Below are positions 9,273 to 20,056 of a stretch of DNA of 64,000 nt, in pieces (positions within the stretch are counted from its first letter, which is position 1; the number at the start of each line of letters is the position of its first letter). The translations under genes and the position numbers were made by a program. The stretch is from an uncultured Candidatus Bathyarchaeia archaeon (GTDB lineage: Archaea; Thermoproteota; Bathyarchaeia; 40CM-2-53-6), in the NCBI GenBank assembly GCA_964598845.1, contig CAZRDM010000002.1, forward strand, positions 35,428 to 99,427, in the 5' to 3' direction. The notes under the pieces were generated by a model. It was given only the letters and a program-made list of their open reading frames with translations, was not told the DNA's origin and ran no database searches.

Positions 9273-10901
9273 TTAGTATTCCGGCATTTCTCCGCCTCTC
9301 GGTGGTGGAGTCGGAGGTGGCTTCGCTGCTGCGATCACGTCGTCAATACGCAGTATCATCGATGCGGCTTCGGCTGCGGACTTGATGGCCTGTTCCTTGA
9401 CTCTTGTTGGATCAATCACGCCTTGTTTCTTCATGTCCCTAACGCCGCCCTTGAAGACATCAACGCCGTATGCGACGCCTTCCTTTTTCTCGTGTGCCGA
9501 GCGAAGGGCCACTGTGATGTCAATCGGATCGAGACCAGCGTTCTCCGCAAGCGTCTTTGGAATCATTTCGAGGGTGTCAGCGAAAGCCTCGATTGCGAGT
9601 TGCTCTCGCCCACCTACCTTACTGGCGTATTCCTTCACCCGCTTTGCGAGCTCACCCTCGATTGCGCCTCCGCCGACGACAACCTTGGGCTTGTGCACCA
9701 CATCGGCCACAACCGAAAGAGCGTCCTTCATCGCTCTTTCAGCCTCATCGACTAGGCGCTCGATACCTGCTCGGATTAGGATACTGACCGACCTTGGATC
9801 TTGGCATCCCTCTATGAAGACCATCTTGTCGTCGCCGATCTTTCTTTCCTCCGCAAGGCCCGCTTTGCCAAGATCTTTGGACGTCAAGTCATCTAAGTTC
9901 GTCACGATCCTTCCACCTGCAGCCCGTCCAAGCTTCTCCATGTCCGATTTCTTAATTCTCCGTACAGCAAGTATTCCTTCCTTTGCCAAGTAGTGCTGAG
10001 TGGTATCGTCGATGCCTTTCTGGCATAGTACGACATTAGCGCCAGAGGCCTTGATCTTATCGACCATCTCCTTCATCATGCGAGCCTCTTCGTCCAAGAA
10101 GGCTTTCATTTGGGATGGATCGTTGATTCGGATTTCCGCGGACATCTCCGTCTTCTCGATTTCCAGCGCGCAGTCAAGTAAAGCGATCTTCGGGTTCTTG
10201 ACCATTTTCGGCATGCCTGGATGAACAACTTCCTTGTCGATGATTATGCCCTTGATCAAATGCGTGTCGAGCAGGCTGCCGCCTTCCTTCTTGACGAGTT
10301 GAATGTTGTCGATGTCTGCATACCAAGAATCTCCACGTTTCTCCATGATCTGTTGGACGGCTTCGACGCCGATATCGGCGAAGTGCTCACGAGCCGCGCC
10401 CAGACCTTTGCTGTGCATTGCGGTGACAGCAACTTTCTTCAGCGTAGCCTCGTCTTCCAGCTTAACCGGCTCGGACATGGAATTCAAAGTTTCGACCGCT
10501 TTGTCTGCAGCTTTCTTGTAACCGGCGACGATCGTCGTCGGGTGAACGTTATCATCTAGAAGATTCTCAGCTCGTTTCAGCAGTTCGCCTGCAAGAATTA
10601 CCGCGGTCGTTGTTCCGTCACCGACTTCATCATCCTGCGTCTTGGCGACTTCGACCATCATCTTGGCTGCGGGATTCTGGACATCGATCTCGTCTAGAAC
10701 TGTGGCGCCGTCGTTAGTTACAGTCACATCGCCTAGAGTATCGACGAGCATCTTGTCCATTCCCCGTGGACCAAGAGTACTCTTTACAACTTCGGAAACA
10801 ACGATCGCCGCGGTCATGTTACTTCGCTGAGCATCACGACCTCGGTTCCGTGTTGAGCCTTCCTTTAGAATGAGTACCGGTTGACCGGCTAGATAGGCCA
10901 T
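9273..10901 (-). CDS. ths: Thermosome subunit (group II chaperonin)
   Basis: [28 protein letters not shown] and GDGTTT motifs. Confidence 0.97.
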   Translation of the reverse strand: MAYLAGQPVLILKEGSTRNRGRDAQRSNMTAAIVVSEVVKSTLGPRGMDKMLVDTLGDVTVTNDGATVLDEIDVQNPAAKMMVEVAKTQDDEVGDGTTTAVILAGELLKRAENLLDDNVHPTTIVAGYKKAADKAVETLNSMSEPVKLEDEATLKKVAVTAMHSKGLGAAREHFADIGVEAVQQIMEKRGDSWYADIDNIQLVKKEGGSLLDTHLIKGIIIDKEVVHPGMPKMVKNPKIALLDCALEIEKTEMSAEIRINDPSQMKAFLDEEARMMKEMVDKIKASGANVVLCQKGIDDTTQHYLAKEGILAVRRIKKSDMEKLGRAAGGRIVTNLDDLTSKDLGKAGLAEERKIGDDKMVFIEGCQDPRSVSILIRAGIERLVDEAERAMKDALSVVADVVHKPKVVVGGGAIEGELAKRVKEYASKVGGREQLAIEAFADTLEMIPKTLAENAGLDPIDITVALRSAHEKKEGVAYGVDVFKGGVRDMKKQGVIDPTRVKEQAIKSAAEAASMILRIDDVIAAAKPPPTPPPRGGEMPEY

Positions 10902-11191
10902 TTTTGTTACCTCGGGTAACCCAGCATTAAAAATCCCGGTTATAAGTATTTTTCTTTGCTAGTTTCCCTTCGCTTAGACGTACAGATTACGCAACTGCGC
11001 GGACGTTGGGGAGCACAGACCATGGAAGGGGATCAACCTTCTTCAGTGAGCGGTTACCCCATGGGTCATGGCACCATCAGAATGGCCTAGACATTGCTTC
11101 GCCAAGTTCCGAGAGAAGTTATTATAGCAGACTCGCCATTCGAGCGCGAATTGTCTTCTCGATTTCTCGAGAAAGTCTTGGGGAAAAGCAG

Positions 11192-11893
11192 TTGCCAGTG
11201 AATCTGATGGTTCAAAGGACTAGCGTCCGCAATTCAACCTTGATAACTGGTTTTCATGGAGTGGGAGAAACAGGTTACATCTCAGTCTCATATCTCGTTC
11301 ACGCCCTGAACGCGAAGAGGATCGGGTTTGTAGACGTTGCTCATCCTCCGCCGTTCATAGCAACATCGGAATCCGGCCTAGTTACGCCATTCGAAGTCTA
11401 CAAGTCTGGTAGGATTGTGTTCGTCAAACTGGAGTTCTCTCCCCACAGGAGCGAGGAGGCTGAATTTGCTAAGACTCTTGCACAATGGACGATGGAGAAC
11501 AGATTCAGGGATGCAGTGTTGATCGGTGGACTGGACGGTAGCTTGCAGGCAGGAACGGACAGCATCAGAGTTGTCCCAACGCATACATACCCGCTCAAGA
11601 CGAGGAAAATGAATCACCCTACGCTTGAGGCCGGCCTCTTCGTTTACGGGCCCTTGGCAGTTATGTTGGGTGAGTTCGAGAAGCAGAACTTCCCGGCCGT
11701 CGCAGTATTGCCATACGCCTCGGCCAACCATGCTGACCCTAAGGCAGCCGCTACTGCAATCAGAGCTATTTCGAAAGCCTACCGCCTTATGGTGGACGTG
11801 AAAGAACTGGAGTATGATGCAAAGGATATCGAGCAAGAGGTTGAGAAACGGCTCCAGCAGACCGCGCGTTCATTACGTGGAATGTACGGATAA
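11192..11893 (+). CDS. PAC2-family proteasome assembly chaperone-like protein
   Basis: LITGFHGVGETGYI, LIGGL, YGPLAVML and DPKAA motifs. Start uncertain (TTG 11192, GTG 11198 or ATG 11207; ORF open from 11006). Confidence 0.8.
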   Translation: MPVNLMVQRTSVRNSTLITGFHGVGETGYISVSYLVHALNAKRIGFVDVAHPPPFIATSESGLVTPFEVYKSGRIVFVKLEFSPHRSEEAEFAKTLAQWTMENRFRDAVLIGGLDGSLQAGTDSIRVVPTHTYPLKTRKMNHPTLEAGLFVYGPLAVMLGEFEKQNFPAVAVLPYASANHADPKAAATAIRAISKAYRLMVDVKELEYDAKDIEQEVEKRLQQTARSLRGMYG

Positions 11894-11953
11894 CTCGACA
11901 ATCATACATACGGATTGCTGAGCCATTCAGACAGACGAATTAGCTGATTACGA

Positions 11954-13213
11954 ATGCATCTACGATTTCTAGGGGCTTGTCAAGAAGTTGGCAGATCCGC
12001 GGTCGCCGTCAAGAGCGACCAGAGTCAAATCCTCATGGATTACGGTGTCTTGATAAACCACGAAGTGGGCTTCCCAGTTCATATATCACCAAAGGATCTT
12101 GATGCAGTCGTCCTCACACACGCGCATTTAGATCATAGCGGACTAACACCGCTCTTCTACCTGCACTCTACGAAGCTACCAGTGTATGGGGTAGAACCCA
12201 CCTTCAAACTGACCAGCGTTCTCGTTAGGGACATGATCAAGTTAAGTGGCTACTACCTCCCCTACGAGTACATAGACTTGGAGAGCATGATGAACCGAAC
12301 TGTCCCAGTTGAATATCATTCACCCTTGAAAGTTGGGGACTTTGACATTACTCTGGTCAATGCCGGTCACATACCTGGAAGTGCACAGATAATCGCGGAA
12401 AACAATGGAAAACGCGTCCTGTACACGGGAGACTACAATCTAATTCCAACCCATCTCGTCCAAGGTGCGGAGAGAGCCTATAGGCACTTGGATGCGATAA
12501 TCATTGAGAGCACCTACGCCAGTGAAGACCACCCTGAGAGAATAGAGGCGGAACGTAACTTCGTCCTAGCATGCAAAGAAATAATTGAAAACGGCGGGAC
12601 GGTACTCGTACCAGCCTTTGGAGTGGGTCGATCCCAGGAAATCATATGCATGCTCTCTGATCATAACTTCTCCTATCCTGTCTTCGTGGACGGCATGGCC
12701 TTGGATGCGATTAGAATGCTCGAGGAACATCCAAACTCTCTGAGGGATGCGGAACGCTTCAGGAAAGCCATGAGGTTGGCGGAGCACATCAATAATTGGA
12801 AAAGCCGACGCCACGCGGCGCAGACAGCTGGAGTAATAGTCTCCCCAGCAGGGATGCTGAAGGGAGGGGCCTCTGTGTTCTACATGGAAAATATTTCTCG
12901 CGATGAACGAAACGGCATCTTTCTTGTAAGCTACCAAGTCCAAGGCTCGCCGGGTAGAATACTGCTAGACGAGGGCCGCTTCATAATCAGAGGCAGACCT
13001 GGGAAAGTCAAAGCGCGCGTTGAGAAATTTGATTTCTCATCGCATGGAGGAAGGATGCAGCTTCAGGAGACTCTGAAGGAACTGGACAACAAAACTCGTG
13101 TCTTCGTAGTTCATGGCGATGAAGCAAATTGTAGGCATCTCGCGGACTGGGCAAATAGAGAACTTGGACTGCAAGCCACAGTACCTGAGCCAGGCGACAA
13201 CTACGATCTCTGA
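11954..13213 (+). CDS. Beta-CASP metallo-beta-lactamase ribonuclease without KH domains
   Basis: GACQEVGRS, THAHLDH, AGHIPGS, YTGD, ESTY, PAFGVGRSQE, FSSH and VHGD motifs. Confidence 0.9.
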   Translation: MHLRFLGACQEVGRSAVAVKSDQSQILMDYGVLINHEVGFPVHISPKDLDAVVLTHAHLDHSGLTPLFYLHSTKLPVYGVEPTFKLTSVLVRDMIKLSGYYLPYEYIDLESMMNRTVPVEYHSPLKVGDFDITLVNAGHIPGSAQIIAENNGKRVLYTGDYNLIPTHLVQGAERAYRHLDAIIIESTYASEDHPERIEAERNFVLACKEIIENGGTVLVPAFGVGRSQEIICMLSDHNFSYPVFVDGMALDAIRMLEEHPNSLRDAERFRKAMRLAEHINNWKSRRHAAQTAGVIVSPAGMLKGGASVFYMENISRDERNGIFLVSYQVQGSPGRILLDEGRFIIRGRPGKVKARVEKFDFSSHGGRMQLQETLKELDNKTRVFVVHGDEANCRHLADWANRELGLQATVPEPGDNYDL

Positions 13214-13742
13214 AACCCTCGGCGTAATCCAGTTAGGAGATGCGTCCGATTACTCATTGGAAGATTTGAAACCTCTCCTATCCGAGAAGCTTCCTTGGTT
13301 CAAGGTCCGAACAATCGACTATGTCCCGGGCACGCGCGAGGCCTATGATTCTCTACGTGACCAATTTCATTCAACTCGCATCTTGGCCCTTCTTGAGAGT
13401 GAAATCCAATCTCTGAAGGTGGACAGATTATTGGGTGTCGCGTCATTCGACCTGTATGTTCCGGGCATGAACTTTGTTTTCGGAGAAGCCAGACTTCTGG
13501 GGAGAGTGAGCGTGATTTCGACGTACAGGCTGAAACCACTACTCTCGGACGACTACATCCTATTCCAAGAAAGAGTTGTTAAAGAGGCTGTCCACGAAAT
13601 AGGTCACATGCTGGGCATGAGACATTGCACTGACCACTCGTGCGTCATGTACTTCTCGGAGAGTATAATTGACACTGATAGGAAGAGTTCCGAGTTCTGC
13701 CGCAATTGCCGTTCTGAATTGAAGAGGCTGAGAGTTGAGTAA
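13113..13742 (+). CDS. amzA: Archaemetzincin (peptidase M54)
   Basis: KEAVHEIGHMLGMRHC...CVMYFS...FCRNC motif. True start probably later (for example TTG 13164). Confidence 0.9.
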   Translation: MAMKQIVGISRTGQIENLDCKPQYLSQATTTISETLGVIQLGDASDYSLEDLKPLLSEKLPWFKVRTIDYVPGTREAYDSLRDQFHSTRILALLESEIQSLKVDRLLGVASFDLYVPGMNFVFGEARLLGRVSVISTYRLKPLLSDDYILFQERVVKEAVHEIGHMLGMRHCTDHSCVMYFSESIIDTDRKSSEFCRNCRSELKRLRVE

Positions 13743-14574
13743 GGAATTTAGAGCAAAGCCTGAACATCTCCTCCCTGAAATCCTGGCGATAGCGCTAGCT
13801 GGGGCTCTTACATACTCCTTGAGAAGTACTCCAGTAGAGCCGCTCACGATCTTTCCTGAAACAACGGGAGGAGTGACCCTTAACGCAAGCATTTTTGTTG
13901 TCCTCATGGCTGCGACGGGAACGATGATGTACCTGTTTGTGAAATTCGGTTTGAAACGAATAGTCAGATACCTGATTAACTTCGCCCTGTTCGCTCTGCT
14001 TTTCTTCCTGTTCACCTGGTACGGTACGCTCTACGCCAATTATATTCCAACTCTTTTCGACTCATCTATGTGGCTACTTGTCAGCCTGTTCGCGTCGATT
14101 GGCTTGGGTTTGGCTATATACAGATCGAAAGGGATCCCGCACCTAGCTGCGATAATTGTTGTAGGAGGAATGACCGGAACCTTCCTGGGCGTCTCGATTC
14201 CTACGCTTACTGCGGTAGCGCTTCTCCTCGCGCTAGCTGGCTACGATCTTTTCGCAGTCTACAAAGGTCCCATAGGAAAGATGGCGAAATCCACTGATAT
14301 AGAAGAGTTCACCGGCGCCGTCTTCACCTACGGGGACTTGACCATGGGTATGGGAGATATGGTGTTCTACTCGATGCTCGCAAGCAATTCGATGAAGAAC
14401 TTCGGTCTCTTTCCATATGTTGCAGCAGGAATCGGACTCGTAGTCGGCGCATACCTAGGCTTCAAAATGCTTGAGGGTCGAGACATGTTTCCAGGATTAC
14501 CATTCGCAATCATACTAGGACTGATTTTCATGTATGTGACGTTCCAGTTCTTACCGCCCCTCAAACCCACATGA
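13735..14574 (+). CDS. Presenilin/SPP-like GxGD intramembrane aspartyl protease
   Basis: Multi-pass membrane protein with YD (GYDLFAVY), GMGD and PGL motifs. Confidence 0.8.
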   Translation: MSKEFRAKPEHLLPEILAIALAGALTYSLRSTPVEPLTIFPETTGGVTLNASIFVVLMAATGTMMYLFVKFGLKRIVRYLINFALFALLFFLFTWYGTLYANYIPTLFDSSMWLLVSLFASIGLGLAIYRSKGIPHLAAIIVVGGMTGTFLGVSIPTLTAVALLLALAGYDLFAVYKGPIGKMAKSTDIEEFTGAVFTYGDLTMGMGDMVFYSMLASNSMKNFGLFPYVAAGIGLVVGAYLGFKMLEGRDMFPGLPFAIILGLIFMYVTFQFLPPLKPT

Positions 14575-14705
14575 AGAAACGCGTAGACGTACTCGCGAAA
14601 CTGGCGGAAAGCCTCGTACGTCACTCGCGCATTTGACATCAATCCATTCCGGAAAGCATTAAGAAACGCATTCCATTGCATCTGACGTAACGGAAGTGTC
14701 CCAGC

Positions 14706-16043
14706 GTGCCCGCTCAACGAGCGATAATGCTCGCTCTACTCGTTGTTCTACCGAGCATATATGTGGGCTCGCTGGCAGGAACCCAAGTTGCAGCTCAAGC
14801 TACTGCTAATGCTGTGATGAACGAAGTTGAGATGGACCCTCCAGGCCCTGATATTGCAAAGCAGTGGATCGAACTCTATAACCCCACAAACCAAGGTGTA
14901 GATGTCTCTGGATGGAAACTCAGATCCGCAAGTGGAGCTGTAACAACTATGCAGTCTCGAATATCGGTTATTCCTAGTCTCGGATACTTGGTGTTAACTC
15001 TCCCGGGACGAAGCGTCATGAAGACAGGAGATACGGTAACCCTTAGTGATAGGAAGGGCACTGTAATCGATTCGACCCCGAATATCCGTGATGTGTCAGA
15101 CAACAATCTCACTTGGCAGAGGTTTCCCAATGGCATTGACACTGGAGCTCTGAGTGATTGGAGATTCTCACCCTCAACTAAGGGCGCCACAAACGGTAAA
15201 CTTGCTGCCACGTTGACCTTGGCCTCGCCAGTCTCATCTGCAACTTACGGAGACGCGATAACCCTGTCAGGAAAACTGAACTTGACAATGAGCACGAGTA
15301 TCTATCTTCTTATGAGGTTTGGGTCCTCATCAGTAAACCAAACACTTAGCACTACCAATGATGGAACATTCTCTTATGTCTGGAGTCCAAGCTCGGCGGG
15401 AGGTTATACCGCAACTGCCTTCTGGAAAGGAGATTCACTACACGACCCTGCAACATCGTCCACTGTCTCGATTCTCGTCAATAAACTCCAAGCCAAATTG
15501 ACGTTGTCTCCAACATCGATGAACTTGACAGAGCCTGCGCGCGCAACATTCACGGGAGCCATTTCACCGACGATCCCGCAGGCTCTGATCACCATCACAA
15601 TCATCACCCCAAATCAGACTGTGGAGTCACGCGCTGTGCAAACATCCACGAATGGGAGCTTCAGATTCACCTTCGTCCCATCTTTCCCCGGCAATTGGAC
15701 CTTGACTGCTTCATGGGAAGGAGATGCGAACCACTATGGAGATCAAAGCGCAGCATCTATCGTGAGGCTCTCACCCGTCACCGAATTCGACGCCTCACTC
15801 CTCATACTAATCACGATTCCAGTAACCATCGCTGTTGTGGCATTTGTGTACAGATATGCGGGAACTCCCCTTGGTCTGCCTCTAGGCCAGATTCTAAAGA
15901 GACGTGCTCCTCCTCATTTGAGACCACTGCGAGTTCTGAATGGCGCGATATGCCCGATGTGCTTTAGACCAATGATGTATGAACCGAAAGGCGCTGATTG
16001 GCACTGCGAGCACTGTGGAGTCTTTTATGAATCCCAAATATGA
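14706..16043 (+). CDS. Cell-surface protein: lamin-tail-like domain, Ig-like repeats, TM helix, C-terminal Zn ribbon
   Basis: Signal peptide; NEVE..P/WIELYNP/VDVSGWKL motifs; two repeats resembling YTATAFWKGD and WTLTASWEGD; TM helix; CPMC...CEHC. Confidence 0.75.
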   Translation: MPAQRAIMLALLVVLPSIYVGSLAGTQVAAQATANAVMNEVEMDPPGPDIAKQWIELYNPTNQGVDVSGWKLRSASGAVTTMQSRISVIPSLGYLVLTLPGRSVMKTGDTVTLSDRKGTVIDSTPNIRDVSDNNLTWQRFPNGIDTGALSDWRFSPSTKGATNGKLAATLTLASPVSSATYGDAITLSGKLNLTMSTSIYLLMRFGSSSVNQTLSTTNDGTFSYVWSPSSAGGYTATAFWKGDSLHDPATSSTVSILVNKLQAKLTLSPTSMNLTEPARATFTGAISPTIPQALITITIITPNQTVESRAVQTSTNGSFRFTFVPSFPGNWTLTASWEGDANHYGDQSAASIVRLSPVTEFDASLLILITIPVTIAVVAFVYRYAGTPLGLPLGQILKRRAPPHLRPLRVLNGAICPMCFRPMMYEPKGADWHCEHCGVFYESQI

Positions 16044-16257
16044 GGAACCCAAATCGAGCGAACTATTACGATCGCACGTTCGCGAAATCGGGTATGCGCT
16101 GACTGCCTTGCTTGTTCCCTTTGGAGTGCGCCTAATACCGGAAGCATTCTCCTATCCATATCCCATCGGCTTCGATACAATCGGCTACTACATTCCGATC
16201 ATGCAATCCCGAATCGCGCTACTGACAAGCCCATCTAATTTCTTCGAGGGCACATGA
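16027..16257 (+). pseudogene. Short or truncated membrane protein fragment
   Basis: One TM segment followed by RLIPE...YPYPIGFDTIGYY, which resembles the N-terminus of larger archaeal membrane proteins, then an early stop. Confidence 0.4.
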
Positions 16258-16354
16258 TGAGAAGTCCTTGCGGTTCCATTGAAATTCATAAACAGCTCGC
16301 AGTGGACATCGCGTCGCCGAAGAGTTGTTAAGTTTGTTCATACAAGTTTGACCC

Positions 16355-16425
16355 GCGGCATGACGTGGATTGACCTGCACTGAGGTTCCTCACGCCGGAT
16401 GAGGAGATGCATCTCCGCTGACCGC
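16355..16425 (+). ncRNA. Candidate box C/D sRNA
   Basis: GCGG/CCGC terminal stem, degenerate C box ATGACGT, D' CTGA (16380), C' GGATGA (16397), D CTGA (16418); intergenic. Confidence 0.4.
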
Positions 16426-16475
16426 AACAACACTTATAGTGGGAACAGGGTGTTGCCGTAACGAACGGTGCTCTG

Positions 16476-17072
16476 ATGTCCGATTCGCGGAAATACGTTG
16501 CCCCTAGATGGGACAAGATTTACGAGATGCTCATTGACCTCGCTCTCAGGATAAGAGAGTCAGGTTTCAAGGCGGATCTAATTGTAGGTGTCTCGAGGGG
16601 GGGATGGGCACCGGGACGCGTACTTTCAGACCTATTGGAGAACCCACACACAGTCAACATCAAGATTGAGTTCTACACCGGCATTGGAAAGACTGCACGT
16701 ACTCCAATAATCACTCAACCGATAAGCGAAGAGATTTCCGGGAAGAAAGTCCTAGTCGTTGACGATGTAGCTGATACCGGGGAAAGCCTAAGGGTCGCCC
16801 TGGATCACGTACTCTCCAAAGGAGCAGAGAGCGTAAGAACGGTAACCATATACTACAAGCCTCACAGCACGTTCAAGCCGGATTTCTTTGCAGATTCCAC
16901 AAGTGATTGGATAATCTTCCCTTGGGAGAGGTTGGAAGCAACAAAGCTTTTGATCGAGGAAGCACGTTCTGGCGGTCGAAATTTAGACTCTGTCCGCCAG
17001 ATCTTGAAAGGATGCGGTTTTGACGACAAGACCATCGAATCACTACTTCAGCTCGCCATTCCAAGGTCATAG
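16476..17072 (+). CDS. Purine phosphoribosyltransferase (type I PRT)
   Basis: VSRGG, VLVVDDVADTGESL and WIIFPWE motifs. Confidence 0.9.
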   Translation: MSDSRKYVAPRWDKIYEMLIDLALRIRESGFKADLIVGVSRGGWAPGRVLSDLLENPHTVNIKIEFYTGIGKTARTPIITQPISEEISGKKVLVVDDVADTGESLRVALDHVLSKGAESVRTVTIYYKPHSTFKPDFFADSTSDWIIFPWERLEATKLLIEEARSGGRNLDSVRQILKGCGFDDKTIESLLQLAIPRS

Positions 17073-17075
17073 GGC

Positions 17076-17642
17076 TTGCTCTTTGAATTTCCGGAACTCA
17101 GATGCTATCTTCGAATCTCCGGATTCGATGCTTCCGCTAGTGATGTGGCAGCAATCCTTCAAGCGGTTCAGGACAAGTTTCCTAGAGTCGCTATCCAGCT
17201 TGTTGACATAGACAGAGTTCCAGGGTCACGGTTTCTGCTTCACGCTGTCTTCAACGCCTGGAAATCATTCCACTCGGGAGACCCGATCTCAAGAACGCTT
17301 GGAATGGAGATACTGCTCTTCGTCGCAGCCAACTCGCAGATAAGCGAGGCGATCAAAGCAGTTGGCGTCACTTCCAATACAAGAAAGATCGCCGCGGTTC
17401 TGGCTGGTCCCTCAAGGGAAGAGGTTTCGGCAGCCGCAGACTTCCTGTCGAACCTCCTCAGGGGGCAAGGCCGGGATGAACTTCTCGAGGAGTGGTCGCC
17501 AGAGAGGATTCAGAATGTGCGTTTCGCCTATCAAATCGGTGGAAGAGAATTCAAAGCAACAGCTCGAAAAGGCGAGGAGATCGTTAAGGTTATAGAACGC
17601 TTAGCAATCGAACGGTCTGCCCTGCTCGCGATCAGGAAATAA
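17076..17642 (+). CDS. cgi121: KEOPS complex subunit Cgi121
   Basis: ISRTLGMEILLFVAANSQISEAIKAVGV and C-terminal IERSALL. Confidence 0.85.
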   Translation: MLFEFPELRCYLRISGFDASASDVAAILQAVQDKFPRVAIQLVDIDRVPGSRFLLHAVFNAWKSFHSGDPISRTLGMEILLFVAANSQISEAIKAVGVTSNTRKIAAVLAGPSREEVSAAADFLSNLLRGQGRDELLEEWSPERIQNVRFAYQIGGREFKATARKGEEIVKVIERLAIERSALLAIRK

Positions 17643-17647
17643 CAGAC

Positions 17648-18175
17648 TCACCCTGTTCGTTTCTCGCGCTCAATCGATAGAACATCGTGCGCAGTAATCA
17701 GAGACACACCCGCCAACTTGCCGATTATCTCAACAAGCATTATCTTGTCTGGCGAGTCGAGGTCGACCGCTCGATCAATCCGTCTAGCGATTGTTTCGAT
17801 AATCGTCTTACTAGACAGGTCAGTGTGGCGTTTCTCCACAGTAATTCTGAATTTCTCTTGTTCGCCGATTCCGCTCACTAGGTTTAGGGCTGCCTGCTCG
17901 ATCTCCTCCAAGTTTGCAGGTACGACCTTCTGCACGGGAACCAGTTTCAACGTGTACTTGAATTCCCAAGGCCTTTCCCTGAGAAGACTTCGAAGATCGC
18001 GAATTGCTTTAATCGGATCCAGCTTAGTCTTGGCAACAACCAATCCTATGACCGATGTAGTTTCGATGATCGAACCCCGGTCTCCTACCTCTCCTAGGAG
18101 ATACCACATCTCGCTACACGTGTTCCGTTCATTACCGCGGCTTGTCGAAATGATGAGATTAAAGTCATCTAGCAT
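17648..18175 (-). CDS. Stand-alone THUMP-domain protein
   Basis: FRITVEKR, VDLDSPDKIMLVEIIG and GVSLI THUMP motifs. Confidence 0.85.
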   Translation of the reverse strand: MLDDFNLIISTSRGNERNTCSEMWYLLGEVGDRGSIIETTSVIGLVVAKTKLDPIKAIRDLRSLLRERPWEFKYTLKLVPVQKVVPANLEEIEQAALNLVSGIGEQEKFRITVEKRHTDLSSKTIIETIARRIDRAVDLDSPDKIMLVEIIGKLAGVSLITAHDVLSIEREKRTG

Positions 18176-18222
18176 TGGAGAGACACCAAGAGCGTCGAGA
18201 TTGGACTGCGGAGCATTAATAG

Positions 18223-18846
18223 CTATCCCGTCTCCCGGTGCTTAAGGAACTTCATAATCTCTCCTCTGCTAATCGGACCCTCACGCAAGAGCTCTAACCG
18301 ATCCTTCGACAAGTCGACAACGGTTGAAGCTATTCCAAGAGGAGCTCTACCGCCATCAAGGACAAGGTCAACACGGTCTCCCAATTCCTTCACGACGTCT
18401 TCAGCTGTGATGAGAGGTGATCTCCCAGTCAAGTTTGCGCTTGTCCCAACCAAGTGCCCAGAACACAATCCCAAGAGATCAAGACAGATAGCGTGATCCG
18501 GCCTACGCACGCCCACAGTCCCCTGTGGAACAAGATCGGCTGGAAGCACTTTTCTCGCAGGCAAAACCAGAGTGAGAGGTCCCGGCCAGAACCTCTGCGC
18601 TAGCCTCCTAGCTTGGTTCGAAAGCTCAGCAATCCTTTCCGCGTCCTCGAGGCTCTTCACCAAGACAGGCATGGGCTTCGTTCGCCCACTCTTTGCTTTT
18701 ATCGCCCTCTGAACCGCCGAGGCGTTAAGGGGATCGCAACCCAACCCATATACTGTATCGGTGGGATAGCAGATGAGACCTCCATTTGCCACAACTCGGG
18801 CGGCTTCAGCCAAGCTATCCAAGTCAGGCTTCAACACGCGTACCAA
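18223..18846 (-). CDS. sua5: L-threonylcarbamoyladenylate synthase (TsaC/Sua5, YrdC domain only)
   Basis: YPTDTVYGL, WPGPLT, TSANLTG and STVVD motifs. Confidence 0.92.
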   Translation of the reverse strand: MVRVLKPDLDSLAEAARVVANGGLICYPTDTVYGLGCDPLNASAVQRAIKAKSGRTKPMPVLVKSLEDAERIAELSNQARRLAQRFWPGPLTLVLPARKVLPADLVPQGTVGVRRPDHAICLDLLGLCSGHLVGTSANLTGRSPLITAEDVVKELGDRVDLVLDGGRAPLGIASTVVDLSKDRLELLREGPISRGEIMKFLKHRETG

Positions 18847-18975
18847 ACGAACTCACCAAACTCTTTGATGCTACCAAAGCTGCAAACTGCTTAAAGATTA
18901 GTCCGCAGACTCGGTGGAATAACTAGAGACTTCGGACTCAGTTGGGAATCAGTGCGAACCTGGGAGAGCTTGAGA

Positions 18976-19926
18976 ATGTCGGCGAAGATAGTCGTTCACG
19001 GTGGGGCTGGCTTCTGGTACAAGAACATCCGGAAAGGTCTACATGGTGTACTCGCAGCGGCCTCAACGGGCAATGACATCCTGAAGCGAGGTGGTATGGC
19101 GCTTGATGCCGTTGAAGAAGCCGTTGCTCTCATGGAAGACAACCCGGTTTTCAACGCCGGAAAGGGCTCGTCGCTTACTGCCATCGAAACGGTTGAGATG
19201 GATGCAGCCATGATGGATGGAAGAGATCTGTCCGCTGGCGCTGTGGCTTTAGTCCGCGAAGTCAAGAACCCGATTCGCCTAGCCCGTCTGGTCATGGAGA
19301 AGACCAATCACGTTCTGCTAGCCGGTGAATGTGCCGAGAGACTCGCTCGCATCTTCTCCCTACCAAGATCCAATCCCGTCACAGCTGAAAGAAGGAGAAT
19401 TCTAAGAAGATACAGGGAAAGGCCTCCTCCCATCAGGGTGGCGTGGATCCGCAGGAACCTGCGTTTGGTCGAAGAACATCCTGAACTCATTCCGCATGAC
19501 ACCGTAGGTGCTGTAGCCGTGGACCATGAAGGGAACTTTGCGGCCGCCACCTCGACTGGAGGTGTCCTAATGAAACTACCCGGGAGAATTGGAGATACCC
19601 CGCTAGTAGGCGCTGGTCTCTATGCGGATAACCTATCCGGTGCCGCCACTGCGACGGGGATAGGAGAAGTAATCGTCAGGTTGGCCTTGTCAAAGGATGT
19701 CTGTTCGATGATGGGAGACGGTCTCCCCGCGACCAAGGCAGCGATCGGGGCGATAATGACGGCATCAAAGCGTCTCAAAGGCGACGCAGGAGTCATAGCT
19801 ATCGACCGTCGGTTACGCGTCGCTGCTGTTCACAATACCCCATACATGCCATGGGCTTTTTCGTCACCAAAAATGCGAAGCGCGAAAGGCAATCCCCGTG
19901 GGACGATCGTGGCAGCATTGCGTTAG
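18976..19926 (+). CDS. Isoaspartyl peptidase/L-asparaginase (Ntn hydrolase)
   Basis: VHGGAG, FNAGKGS, DTVGAVA, TSTGG, GRIGD and TGIGE motifs. Confidence 0.93.
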   Translation: MSAKIVVHGGAGFWYKNIRKGLHGVLAAASTGNDILKRGGMALDAVEEAVALMEDNPVFNAGKGSSLTAIETVEMDAAMMDGRDLSAGAVALVREVKNPIRLARLVMEKTNHVLLAGECAERLARIFSLPRSNPVTAERRRILRRYRERPPPIRVAWIRRNLRLVEEHPELIPHDTVGAVAVDHEGNFAAATSTGGVLMKLPGRIGDTPLVGAGLYADNLSGAATATGIGEVIVRLALSKDVCSMMGDGLPATKAAIGAIMTASKRLKGDAGVIAIDRRLRVAAVHNTPYMPWAFSSPKMRSAKGNPRGTIVAALR

Positions 19927-20056
19927 AACATTTCTGGTGCGCTTCTTACTGCAAGGGAGCCTGAGGGCTATCACAATCGGCGGAATTGCGGCCAAAAGTT
20001 TTAAAGTACCCGCCTAGGGGGGGTTAGCTCGGCTTTTGGCACAGGAGCCTTTTCTC

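Noticed and set aside
16254..16320. A second C/D sRNA starting at ATGATGA
   Set aside because: The C box coincides with tandem stop codons; internal boxes and terminal stem are unconvincing.
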